Shown here: in pieces, positions 10,138-19,861 of the stretch
Layout of the letters: each line of letters begins with the position of its first letter
Numbering within the stretch: the stretch's first letter is position 1
NCBI GenBank assembly: GCA_977020255.1
Contig: CDROCS010002814.1
Span: 124,001 to 188,000 of the forward strand
Direction of reading: 5' to 3'
DNA: 64,000 nt
Origin: Obrimoposthia wandeli
Taxonomy: Eukaryota
Program-made: the position numbers and the translations under genes
Notes under the pieces: model-generated
Database searches by the model: none
What the model saw: the letters and a program-made list of their open reading frames with translations, nothing else
What the model was told of the DNA's origin: nothing

Positions 10138-11961
10138 TTGGAGCCATTTAATAGTAAAGAATTTTTAGCTATATTAACAACACGCCCCGGTGTTTATCAA
10201 ATGCTGGATGAGCAAGGGGAGCTGCTTTATATAGGAAAGGCAAAAAATTTAAAGAACAGGGTATCTAGTTACTTTAGAAAAACGGGCTTAACCGTTAAAA
10301 CACAGGCATTGGTGGCAAAAATAGCCAATATCGACATCACTATTACCCATGGTGAAACTGAAGCGCTACTGCTAGAGCAGAACTTAATAAAACAGTATCG
10401 TCCGCCTTATAATATTCTTCTTAGAGACGATAAGAGTTACCCCTTTATTTTTATTAACGACACTGAAAAATTTCCATCGGTCACTTTTCATCGTGGTGCC
10501 AAAAGGCGTAAAGGTCGTTATTTTGGGCCTTTTCCGAGCGGCACGGCTGTGCGTGAAACACTCAATATATTGCAAAAAATCTTTCAAATTAGGCAGTGCG
10601 ATGAAAGCTTTTTTAGCAACCGCTCTAGAGCCTGCTTACAACATCAAATTAAACGCTGCTCAGCCCCTTGTGTTGATTTGATAGACCCTGTTGAGTATGC
10701 ACGTGATATAAAGCATGCCATCATGTTCTTGGAAGGTAAAAGCACCAAGATAATGTCAGATTTAGCTGCGCAAATGGAGGCGTCAGCCAGTGCATTGGAT
10801 TTTGAAAGTGCAGCGGTGATAAGAGATCAAATACAATCATTGCAGCATACTCAAGAACAGCAATCAGTAATTGGTGGCGATGGTAATGCGGATATTATCG
10901 GTTGTGCTATCCAGCATGGCGCGGTTTGTATTTATCAAATGTTTGTACGCGGTGGGCGGGTAATTGGTTCAAAGGCGCTTTTTCCTAAAGTGTCAGTTGA
11001 AGAAAGCGAATCTGATATATTGTCTGCCTTTATTGCTCAGTGGTATTTAAGCGCGAGCAAAGAAATTCCGGAAAGTATCATTCTTAGTCATAATGTTGAA
11101 GATCAACAAATTTTGCAAGAAGTGCTATCAGCGCAGCGCAATGCCAAAGTAGAGCTCAGTTTCAACGTGCGCGGTGCAAGAGCTGGGTGGCAGCGTTTGA
11201 CGCAAACCAACGCCGAGCAACAGTTAATCAATCAACTGGCGAGTAAGAAAAACATCTTTAACCGCTTCCTTTCTTTGCAAGAAAGTTTGCAGCTAGATGA
11301 AATACCAAAGCGCTTAGAGTGTTTTGATATTTCCCATAGTTCAGGGGAGGCGACAGTGGCCTCTTGTGTGGTGTTTGATCACAACGGCCCGCTTAAAACA
11401 GATTATCGACGATTTAATATTGAAGGAATAACCGGAGGAGATGACTATGCAGCAATGCATCAAGCATTGACAAGGCGTTTCTCTAGATTAAAGAAAGGTG
11501 AGGGGAAAAAGCCTGATATTTTGTTTATAGATGGTGGTAAAGGCCAAGTGACACAAGCGGTAGACGTATTGAAGACACTAGAAATGCATGACATACAAGT
11601 GATCGGTATCGCAAAGGGAGAGACCCGCAAACCTGGTTTAGAGACGCTGATTAACCCAGATACAAATCAAGAAATTGTGATCGCGGCAGATTCACCCGGT
11701 TTGCACTTAGTGCAGCACATTAGAGATGAATCTCATAGGTTTGCCATTACTGGGCATAGAGCACGGCGTGGTAAAGCGAGAACTCGCTCAAAATTAGAAG
11801 ATATTGCAGGTGTTGGGCCTAAGCGGCGTAAAGAGTTACTAAAGCATTTCGGTGCTATTAGCTCAATTGAAAGCGCAAGTATTGAAGAAATTAAAAAAGT
11901 GTCTAGTATAAGCACGGCGCTTGCAGAAGATATCTATGCCGCTTTGCATCCAGATCAATAG
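10138..11961 (+). CDS. uvrC: Excinuclease ABC subunit C
   Basis: GIY-YIG N-terminus (PGVYQM...YIGKAKNLKNRV), RLECFDISH, DGGKGQ, C-terminal HhH. Confidence 0.98.
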   Translation: MEPFNSKEFLAILTTRPGVYQMLDEQGELLYIGKAKNLKNRVSSYFRKTGLTVKTQALVAKIANIDITITHGETEALLLEQNLIKQYRPPYNILLRDDKSYPFIFINDTEKFPSVTFHRGAKRRKGRYFGPFPSGTAVRETLNILQKIFQIRQCDESFFSNRSRACLQHQIKRCSAPCVDLIDPVEYARDIKHAIMFLEGKSTKIMSDLAAQMEASASALDFESAAVIRDQIQSLQHTQEQQSVIGGDGNADIIGCAIQHGAVCIYQMFVRGGRVIGSKALFPKVSVEESESDILSAFIAQWYLSASKEIPESIILSHNVEDQQILQEVLSAQRNAKVELSFNVRGARAGWQRLTQTNAEQQLINQLASKKNIFNRFLSLQESLQLDEIPKRLECFDISHSSGEATVASCVVFDHNGPLKTDYRRFNIEGITGGDDYAAMHQALTRRFSRLKKGEGKKPDILFIDGGKGQVTQAVDVLKTLEMHDIQVIGIAKGETRKPGLETLINPDTNQEIVIAADSPGLHLVQHIRDESHRFAITGHRARRGKARTRSKLEDIAGVGPKRRKELLKHFGAISSIESASIEEIKKVSSISTALAEDIYAALHPDQ

Positions 11962-12032
11962 ACAAATTTTAGGAGTAACACAGTTAAACGCTTTTTATTA
12001 TCAAAATACATAGTAAAGATAACTGTCAATTT

Positions 12033-12581
12033 ATGAATATACCGAATATTTTAACACTACTGCGCATAGCCTTAATTCCTATCCTCGTTGTTCTATACTA
12101 CTTGCCGTTTAACTGGGCTAACCTTGCGTGTGGGGCAGTATTTGGGCTCGCCTGTATAACGGATTGGCTAGATGGGTATTTAGCGCGCAAGCTTGATCAG
12201 AGTACTCGCTTAGGTGCTTTTCTAGACCCAGTCGCTGATAAGTTAATCGTTGCTGTGGCGCTTGTGTTACTTTGTGTTACCTATGCAACGCCTTGGGTCA
12301 CTATTCCTGCCGTTATAATTATATGCCGTGAGATCGTCATTTCTGCTTTGCGTGAATGGATGGCTGAATTGGGCAAGCGCTCCAATGTCAAAGTTTCATC
12401 GATAGGCAAAGTGAAAACGGCCATGCAAATGATCTCTATCTTAGTGATGTTATCTTTTGAGCCGCACAGCTGGTTGAGTTTGGCGGGGATAGTTGCTTTG
12501 TATGTTGCTGCTTTATTAACAATTTGGTCGATGTTTATTTATTTAAATGCTGCTTGGGGCGATTTGAAAAAGCATAGCTAG
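12033..12581 (+). CDS. pgsA: CDP-diacylglycerol--glycerol-3-phosphate 3-phosphatidyltransferase
   Basis: NIPNILT, TDWLDGYLAR...GAFLDPVADK; canonical position after uvrC. Confidence 0.97.
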   Translation: MNIPNILTLLRIALIPILVVLYYLPFNWANLACGAVFGLACITDWLDGYLARKLDQSTRLGAFLDPVADKLIVAVALVLLCVTYATPWVTIPAVIIICREIVISALREWMAELGKRSNVKVSSIGKVKTAMQMISILVMLSFEPHSWLSLAGIVALYVAALLTIWSMFIYLNAAWGDLKKHS

Positions 12582-12723
12582 GTTAATTGGATGTATGTTG
12601 AATAGATAAGTTGTTGAAATAGTTATAAAAGCTCTAAAAGAAGAGTGAAAAATATCCAGATTTTAGTCAAAAAACCATTATAAGTGGCTAATAAGTAAGC
12701 AAAAAATAATTAAATATTAGTTG

Positions 12724-12751
12724 TTGACAACCCCGCCAAGATCTCTATAAT
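12724..12751 (+). promoter_or_regulatory. Sigma70 promoter of the tRNA operon
   Basis: TTGACA-N16-TATAAT followed by a GC-rich discriminator (ACGCCCCAC), typical of stable-RNA promoters. Confidence 0.85.
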
Positions 12752-12782
12752 ACGCCCCACTTGTTACAGAGAACGCAGCGAT

Positions 12783-12858
12783 GCGGGAATAGCTCAGTTG
12801 GTAGAGCGCGACCTTGCCAAGGTCGAGGTCGCCGGTTCGAACCCGGTTTCCCGCTCCA
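12783..12858 (+). tRNA. tRNA-Gly (GCC)
   Basis: 76-nt cloverleaf, anticodon loop TTGCCAA, TTCGA loop, CCA end. Confidence 0.98.
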
Positions 12859-12884
12859 ATAATTCTCAAGTAACTAGTAAGAGG

Positions 12885-12958
12885 GGCGCGATGACAGAGT
12901 GGTCATGTAGCGGACTGCAACTCCGTCAACGCCGGTTCGATTCCGACTCGCGCCTCCA
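12885..12958 (+). tRNA. tRNA-Cys (GCA)
   Basis: 74 nt, acceptor stem GGCGCGA/TCGCGCC, anticodon loop CTGCAAC, CCA end. Confidence 0.96.
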
Positions 12959-12960
12959 TT
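12945..12960 (+). repeat. attL-like core repeat
   Basis: GACTCGCGCCTCCATT, the tRNA-Cys 3' end; 15/16 identical to 17742-17757. Confidence 0.8.
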
Positions 12961-13043
12961 AATTTTACTTTAGAATCAAAGCTCTTTGGTTCTTCAATAT
13001 AAAATTCTCATCTCTTTCCGAATATATTTCCGAATATACAGTA

Positions 13044-13478
13044 CTAATCATGGCTATCTACAATCGGTGTTTTTCGATTGTAATCTTCCATTTGTGCTTT
13101 AGTTTTATGGCCACTAAATTCTTGCTTATCACCTTTTTCGTAATCACTGATTGATTTAGCTTTTATGTCATGAAAAGTAAAATCAAATGTTAAACTCGGA
13201 TATGCTTTTGCTGCTTGTTCTTTTGCTTTTTTATACCAATGACGCAAAACACTTGCAGAAATTCTAGCGCCATCTTTATTTGTGAAAACATACTTAACAT
13301 TTTGAAGGCCTGTATTATTCCCAATAGCAATTGCTGATTCAAGCCTAGTTGTCCATCTTTTGATCTGCGCTTTTCCTGTTTTCCCTTGTCTTATAAAAAT
13401 ACCTTCTTGCTGCAGTTGTTGGTGTGTAATATTTAATACATCGCCTTGCCTGGCAGCACAACAAAAGCTAACTTCCAT
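13044..13478 (-). pseudogene. N-terminally truncated tyrosine recombinase (phage integrase)
   Basis: Catalytic-domain motifs ARQGD, QGKTG, FTFHDIKAK, SGHKT, DYNRK; only about 145-160 aa remain and the N-terminal domains are absent. Confidence 0.85.
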
Positions 13479-13706
13479 TATTCCTTTTAGTAAAGGGGCC
13501 GCAAATTCAATGACGGCATTATTGTTAATCCACTATTGGTGTGATTAAAAACCATACAGTCCTGTTAGTTGTATGTGTTTGTGCTTAGTTTTACCTTGCC
13601 TTCGCGTATAGTAGGGATATTAGTCGAATATTTGACTGGAATAGTGAAAAGACAACGCTTTCGTACAATTTTTATTTATTAGATAAGCCTAGAGCAGAGT
13701 ACCGCT

Positions 13707-15011
13707 ATGCTGAAACACTATTACAAGGTACGCATGGATGATGGAGTTTGTATGATTGATAGTGAGCTAGAAGATAAGATGTTAGGCGCTGTTCTCAAAG
13801 GGTTTGTTTCAGCCTTAGAAGATATTAATATAGCCAATGCTGTCGACATTAGGCTTTCAATACAAGATATCGATGAAACCGGTTGGTATCCTATTAGCAT
13901 AGTGAAAGATCTTTTAGTTAGTCTTCAGTCGAAAGGTGCTTTCAATGATTCTCAGTATTTTGAAGCTGGATCCCGCTTCATGAAGAGAAGGCATAAATAT
14001 GGTCTCGTTACAAAAACTTTTTATGAGTACATTGATATCCAAAGAGACTCGCAAGGTTATAAAATGGTCATGAAAAGTTCACGAAATACCAAATTTACTG
14101 ACGTGGTTTATCATGATAAAGAAAACTGCCAAGCTTTGCTTTCGATTGAATCTTTGTTCACCCCAAGTTTTGTTAAAGGTCTATATTACACAGGCTTAAT
14201 GCGTACTAAAGATATAAGCTGGGTAGAGGTTAATTTTGTTAATGTAGAAAAACCTGAAGATTCTTTATATTTTAAAGGTAATCTTCTAATTAAATACTAT
14301 TTAAGACCAGAGCAAGAGGTAGTAGATAATGTTGAGGCAAAAATAAATTCACTTAGCCCTCACGCTGTATTTGAATTTTCTGGCGAAGAGCTGAAGTACT
14401 TGCTTTATTCAAAAAAACGTACAGAAGCTGAGTTTTTACATAAAATGGAATATTGGGACGCCATTAATCAAAATCTTATTAAAACAGCAGAAGAGTTATA
14501 TTATTCTAGAAAAATGTATAAAGAGCTTTCAAGTAAAGATTATCTGACAGGGATACTTAATAGAAGAAAATTTGATCAGATAATGGATGATGAGTTATTA
14601 CAGAGTCATGAAACTTCTTCAGGCATATGTGTAATTATGTTTGATATAGATAATTTTAAATGGATAAATGATAATCTGGGCCATGAAGCAGGAGATGAGG
14701 CTTTAATAAATGTAGCTAAGTTAATTACACGCAGAATACGAAAAACAGACTATTTCTCTAGGTTAGGTGGTGATGAGTTTGTGATTCTGCTGCCACATAC
14801 AGGGTTGAAAGAAGCTGTAGAGGTTGCTAAAGATATCCATGAAGAAGTTAGAGCGTATGGAAAAGAAAACACTAAAAATAAAGTAGGGTTAACTTTGAGT
14901 ATTGGAGTGGCTGAGGCTTTAAAAAGTGATCATCGTGATTCATTAATGAGGAGAGCGGATGAGGCAATGTATAACTCAAAGAACTGCGGCAAAGATAGGG
15001 TTAGTCATTGA
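13707..15011 (+). CDS. Diguanylate cyclase with unassigned N-terminal sensor domain
   Basis: DYLTGILNRR, FDIDNFKWINDNLGH, RKTD I-site, RLGGDEF. Confidence 0.9.
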   Translation: MLKHYYKVRMDDGVCMIDSELEDKMLGAVLKGFVSALEDINIANAVDIRLSIQDIDETGWYPISIVKDLLVSLQSKGAFNDSQYFEAGSRFMKRRHKYGLVTKTFYEYIDIQRDSQGYKMVMKSSRNTKFTDVVYHDKENCQALLSIESLFTPSFVKGLYYTGLMRTKDISWVEVNFVNVEKPEDSLYFKGNLLIKYYLRPEQEVVDNVEAKINSLSPHAVFEFSGEELKYLLYSKKRTEAEFLHKMEYWDAINQNLIKTAEELYYSRKMYKELSSKDYLTGILNRRKFDQIMDDELLQSHETSSGICVIMFDIDNFKWINDNLGHEAGDEALINVAKLITRRIRKTDYFSRLGGDEFVILLPHTGLKEAVEVAKDIHEEVRAYGKENTKNKVGLTLSIGVAEALKSDHRDSLMRRADEAMYNSKNCGKDRVSH

Positions 15012-15165
15012 TCAGTAGTCGCTATTAAAATGACCGATTATTAACATCCTCGATGCTACTTTTCGTTAAAGAACAAATAACCGTGCTAGTATACATTTGC
15101 AGACTTTATAGTTGATGCCAGTTAAGTATCTTTAATTCATTTGCATGTAGAAGCACGCTAAGATT

Positions 15166-15235
15166 AAGCCCCTTCAATAAACAGGGGCTTTTTTGTGCCT
15201 GTTATTTGAGCCTAGCCTTCGAGTTGGGCTTTTTT
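15166..15235 (+). terminator. Two tandem rho-independent terminators
   Basis: AAGCCCC-N11-GGGGCTT+TTTT (15166-15194) and AGCCTAGC-N6-GTTGGGCT+TTTTT (15209-15235). Confidence 0.75.
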
Positions 15236-15260
15236 ATGCCCAAGATTCGAAGATCAAACC

Positions 15261-15430
15261 ATGTCTAAAATATCTAAACACTTCACTAGAGTAGAAGTGG
15301 CTGGTAAGTGTGGCTGCGGTTTTGACTCTATGGTTATAGAAACACTTAAGGTTGTAGATGAAGCAAGAGACTTTGCGGTCGTAGCGGTTAGCCCCTAAGC
15401 GTTTGTCGCTGGAAAAACACAGCACAAAGG
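15261..15430 (+). pseudogene. Relic of phage peptidase M15A (D-Ala-D-Ala peptidase) endolysin
   Basis: MSKISKHFTRVEVAGKCGCGFDSMV...VVDEARD resembles the M15A N-terminus (HF...EF.CKCGCG). Stops at 15398; a shifted frame continues with an S.CR motif. Confidence 0.65.
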
Positions 15431-15761
15431 TAACCAAGATGCCTAGATCTAAGTATCAGCACTAAAAGCCTCGAACAATAGGTTTACCTGTAATCAATCC
15501 AAAGGCTTTGCACTATTATCTCTACTCAAAATGCCCTAATCAATACGGCTTTGATTTGCATAACAGCTCTGTATATATCAATACTCGCTAAGGGTCCTGC
15601 TAGATGGGATAAAAGCACAAGATGAGTACTGAGGAGTATCATGGCGAAGAATGCCGAGCTCACCAAGGATGGTACGTGAATAAAACAGTATCAATCTAGA
15701 ATTAATAGAAGTTTTGATGATATTCATTGCAAGCTAGACAAGCTCGACGGCCTCTTTATGC

Positions 15762-16344
15762 TCAAAAATCCCTAACCAAAGGAACTAAAAAGACGAGTTT
15801 AATTGTCGTAGACATAGCGTTGTCTGCACTAATGGGTTGTGTTTTGCTCGGCCTATTCCACAAAATAACACCGGCACTGATTCCGCTATTGGCATCACAG
15901 TCCTGGAAAAGTTGCACATTCTTAAAGCTCAGACTTGTACTGTTTTTAAATGATGCTATTAACAATGGCAAATCATCAGAAGTGGGGCTTGTAGAAGCTG
16001 AAATTAAATTCTTTAAATATTCAAAATAGCAAGTGTGCGTAAGTAAGAACGAGGCCAAGCAAAATAGCTTGCCTCGAGAATAGCTATCCATTATTAAGTT
16101 TACAGCCGAATGTGTAACCGGTTCGGTTTGCATCATTGTTACATGTTAGCTCTGATGCGACCGGTGACGTTTGGGTAGTATGCTTGTTGTCGGTTGCGAT
16201 ATTAGAAAAAACAATAGCAAGCAACAAAAGCGTAAAAAACATTGTAAATATTTTACTATCAAACGGTTTTAATTTAGCTTTATTATGTTGCGTTAGCTTA
16301 TGCGAGGTATTATATATTGTAGAATTTGTTTCTGATAAGTTCAT
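15762..16344 (-). other. Two overlapping short ORFs, possibly one frameshifted exported-protein gene
   Basis: 16084-16344 has a hydrophobic segment (MFFTLLLLAIVFS) and overlaps 15762-16136 in another frame; no family recognised. Confidence 0.25.
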
Positions 16345-16793
16345 GTTTGAGGCCTTGTTTTATATAATTAGGAGGCTTTATTTTTAACTATTGTCTAATT
16401 GCTGACAAATGATAAAAACATTAAATCACATAAGTAAAAGTTAATTGAAAGCATTGGCCGTAAATTTAAAGTACAGAAAAATTATGAAAGAGCAAAGTAA
16501 TACTGAAACCTCGCAACTGTGGGTTTGGTTGTATATAGACACAATTAATTGAGAGCAGTCAAGGAAGCTGACCCTATCGTAGCAGGCCAGCTGACCACAT
16601 AATCAAATAGCGGATGAGCAGTTAAGCAGGCAGCATTCTTAGGGAGCTGGAGCTCCTTATTTGGTCGTCATAATGCCAGCAGTTTGCATCTAGAGGCTAT
16701 GGTTGTCGCAAAGAGAGCGGTAAGTATTCTTAATACTTCTCATATTGAAGCTATAATAAAATTTAGTTGTGCCGTAAACTTTACATATAATCC

Positions 16794-16946
16794 CATTGCT
16801 GTCCGGTTAAAAAGTGTAAGCTCTCCAACTCGTTGATTTGTGGTTTTCTAGCATAGTAAATTGGATTTTTTTCAGCCAAATAACACTTGTCGTTAACGTA
16901 AAATCAATGAGTTAAAGAGCAACAAAAATTAAACCTGACACTAATG
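16794..16946. mobile_element. MITE copy 1 (153 bp)
   Basis: Imperfect 18-bp TIRs CATTGCTGTCCGGTTAAA / CATTAGTGTCAGGTTTAA (rc); exact 9-bp target duplication ATATAATCC at 16785-16793 and 16947-16955; second copy at 56820-56969. Confidence 0.88.
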
Positions 16947-17741
16947 ATATAATCCAAACTCTAGTGCTTAATCTACACAACAACAGTAAATAGAATGCAT
17001 GAAAATAACTGCTGCTATAAAGGGTGTATAGCTATTTTCAGAGGTCAGGAAGTGGTCCTTCATGGATCAATATTAAATTGCGAAATTTGTAAAAGGTTAA
17101 GCCTCTCCAATAAAAGCGGGGCTTTTTTCGGCTCAACAAACGATTTGGCAGCAGGTGGAATTGTTAAAAACGACATTATAAACAAAACTTATCATTTAAC
17201 TTAGCACCTTTCAATGAAAGGTCTGCAGTCTCACTGTGGTCAAGTAGGAGTTGATAAAGTTCGAATAATTGCTGTGCAATAATGGGGTTGTTTGTAAAGC
17301 GGTAATACCTAATTAGCTCATCACGTCTTGTTTTTTGATTGTGATTAGTAGCTTAGCTGAAAGATTTATGTGTTTTCAAGTTCGCAAAGGTAAGGCTCCA
17401 AGTTATAAATAATAAGATGATTAATAGAATTATATACATTCGCTATTACGTATTGGAATTTTGATATCGCAATACCGTATATTGAATGGGTATAAGCTCA
17501 AAATTTTCGCGCGTCAGTGAGGTAGTTGGAATTAATTTTGTGCGCTTTATTTGACAGCTATAGAACCCTAATACACCTCTTGATAATTTAATTGCCGTTT
17601 CGGAATATACAGTAGTTGCTATTTTACAACTTGCTGATATAATACGCCCAAGTTTGAGAGACATATTCTTAATATAGCATGTAAGCTTATGTTTCTAATG
17701 GATATTTAACGAGATACACTTCGTTAACGCAGGTGGTTTTT

Positions 17742-17757
17742 GACTCGCGCTTCCATT
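17742..17757 (+). repeat. attR-like core repeat
   Basis: GACTCGCGCTTCCATT, a copy of the tRNA-Cys 3' end, 34 bp before tRNA-Leu. Confidence 0.8.
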
Positions 17758-17791
17758 TATTCCTTTCAGCTTTTTGTAGCTGACACTCGAA

Positions 17792-17878
17792 GCCCGGGTG
17801 GTGGAATTGGTAGACACAGGAGACTTAAAATCTCCCGATCGCAAGATTGTACCGGTTCAAGTCCGGTCCCGGGCACCA
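17792..17878 (+). tRNA. tRNA-Leu (TAA)
   Basis: 87 nt with long variable arm, anticodon arm GGAGA-CTTAAAA-TCTCC, CCA end. Confidence 0.97.
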
Positions 17879-18509
17879 GTTTGAATTGACTATTTACACT
17901 CATAATTTTTTAAATTTCATATTTAAAATATACTAATATTACTTCTTCGAATATCCTGCGCTTTTTGGTTGCCAGCTAATATCAGTTTTATGGTATTCAG
18001 CAATATACTACTTTTCATTATCGTTTTATGTATCGATTGTGCTAATGCCTTTGTCTTGCGCAATAGCATCGTAATTGCTATTTCATGCGTTGTCAGTATT
18101 GTTTAACCTGCTCATATACTTGCCATAAATTATTAGTGCTTAGTTTCGCATTTTTCTTTGCTTTTCTTCTATTTAAGCTCAGCGTGCTCGTTTGTTTCAA
18201 GCCGGGCATTCGTGTCTATTTTTGTCAGAATTTTATCTTTAAAGTGATACATAAATTCGGCTATATTTAAATAATTGTAGTGTATATATATAAACAACTG
18301 TACTGATACTAAAAAATAAAATACAATCAAATTAATGTATCACTATGAAAGTTAGTACTAGATTACTAATAACTGTCGATATTAATAATTAGAAATAGAA
18401 GTGACGATATAAAAATAATATCCATCGTCCTTAATCACCTAGAAATATTAGCGACGTATTGCAGATGCGTTCGTGAATTTATTTTGAAAATCAAGAAGAG
18501 GTTACTTCA

Positions 18510-19445
18510 ATGTCAGAATCCGGACAGGCTACTTTTAATCACCGCATTGAAAACGAGCAAAAAATTGAGCCAAAAGACTGGATGCCAGCTGATTACCGTA
18601 AAAACCTAATTCGTCAAATGTCACAGCATGCACACTCTGAAATAATCGGTATGCAACCTGAAGGTAACTGGATTAGCCGTGCGCCTACATTAAAACGAAA
18701 AATGGTGTTATTAGCTAAAGTTCAGGATGAAGGTGGGCATGGGCTGTATTTATATAGTGCAACCGAAACATTGAACATTACACGCGATGAAATGAATAAT
18801 GCTTTACACACTGGTCAGGCGAAATACGCCTCAATTTTTAACTACCCCGCTCTAAGTTGGGCAGATGTTGGTGCAATAGGCTGGCTAGTTGATGGTGCGG
18901 CTATTGTCAATCAGATTTCATTGCAGAGTACATCATATGGGCCTTATTCAAGAGCCATGATTCGCATATGTAAAGAAGAGAGCTTTCACCAGCGCCAAGG
19001 CTACGAGATGATGATAGTGTTGGCTAAAGGCACTGAAGAGCAGAAAGCCATGGCGCAAGATGCACTTAACAGAACTTGGTGGCCTTCATTAATGATGTTC
19101 GGGCCTCATGACTCTGATTCAGCACATTCTGGTCGTTCAATGCAGTGGAAAATTAAACGTCGTACCAATGATGAATTACGCCAAAGTTTCGTTGATCAAA
19201 CCGTACCTCAAATAAAGTACCTGGGTTTAGAAATGCCAGATCCTGAAATTAAGTGGAATGAAGAGCGCGGGCATTATGACTTTGGTGAAATTGATTGGGG
19301 TGAGTTCAAACGTGTTATCTCAGGCGACGGGCCTTGTAATCGCGATCGTATTCGACACCATAAAAAGGCATTGTCGCAGGGCCAGTGGGTTAAAGATGCC
19401 CTTGATGCATATCATAATAAAAAAGCGGCTGATTGCGCGGCGTAA
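18510..19445 (+). CDS. paaA: 1,2-phenylacetyl-CoA epoxidase subunit A
   Basis: [43 protein letters not shown]. Confidence 0.97.
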   Translation: MSESGQATFNHRIENEQKIEPKDWMPADYRKNLIRQMSQHAHSEIIGMQPEGNWISRAPTLKRKMVLLAKVQDEGGHGLYLYSATETLNITRDEMNNALHTGQAKYASIFNYPALSWADVGAIGWLVDGAAIVNQISLQSTSYGPYSRAMIRICKEESFHQRQGYEMMIVLAKGTEEQKAMAQDALNRTWWPSLMMFGPHDSDSAHSGRSMQWKIKRRTNDELRQSFVDQTVPQIKYLGLEMPDPEIKWNEERGHYDFGEIDWGEFKRVISGDGPCNRDRIRHHKKALSQGQWVKDALDAYHNKKAADCAA

Positions 19446-19564
19446 AAGCTTATATAAATAAGGCTAAAACTGAAGAACCTTAACCACATAATAATAACGA
19501 GCGCTGCATTCACATTAATAGTTAACACAGCAGCGATTAAAAATAGTTAATTGCGAGTAAAAAC

Positions 19565-19849
19565 ATGAAAAAAAATAACGATCTTTATGAAGTATTTCTT
19601 CGCTCTATACGCGGTGTTGATCATCGCCATGTAGGTTCTTTGCATGCAGATACGCCAGAACAAGCACTTACCTATGCAAGAGACTGTTATACAAGACGCT
19701 CAGAAGGCGTCAGCATTTGGGTAGTTAAATCAGTTGATATCATAGCTTCCCAAGAAGAAGACACTGAAAGCTTCTATGACCCAATGGATGATAAGCCTTA
19801 CCGACATGCTTCGTTCTATGTTCTACCAGAAGAAATTGACAATATGTAA
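19565..19849 (+). CDS. paaB: Phenylacetyl-CoA epoxidase subunit B
   Basis: YEVF, HVGSLHA, ARDCYTRRSEGVSIWVV. Confidence 0.96.
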   Translation: MKKNNDLYEVFLRSIRGVDHRHVGSLHADTPEQALTYARDCYTRRSEGVSIWVVKSVDIIASQEEDTESFYDPMDDKPYRHASFYVLPEEIDNM

Positions 19850-19861
19850 GGGTAGATTAAT

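Larger units (their letters stand above)
12945..17757. mobile_element. Eroded prophage/genomic island integrated at the tRNA-Cys 3' end
   Basis: Direct repeats at both ends, adjacent integrase relic, endolysin relic; separates tRNA-Cys from tRNA-Leu by 4.8 kb. Confidence 0.8.

Noticed and set aside
12927-12947. C-A mismatch in the tRNA-Cys T-stem as a scar of integration
   Set aside because: Both att copies share the GAC, and from memory the same GCCGG/CCGAC stem occurs natively in Pseudomonas tRNA-Cys.
15727-17664. Short ORFs 15727-16029, 16136-16387, 16995-17204 and 17446-17664 inside the island
   Set aside because: No motifs or convincing RBS; they probably reflect decayed DNA.
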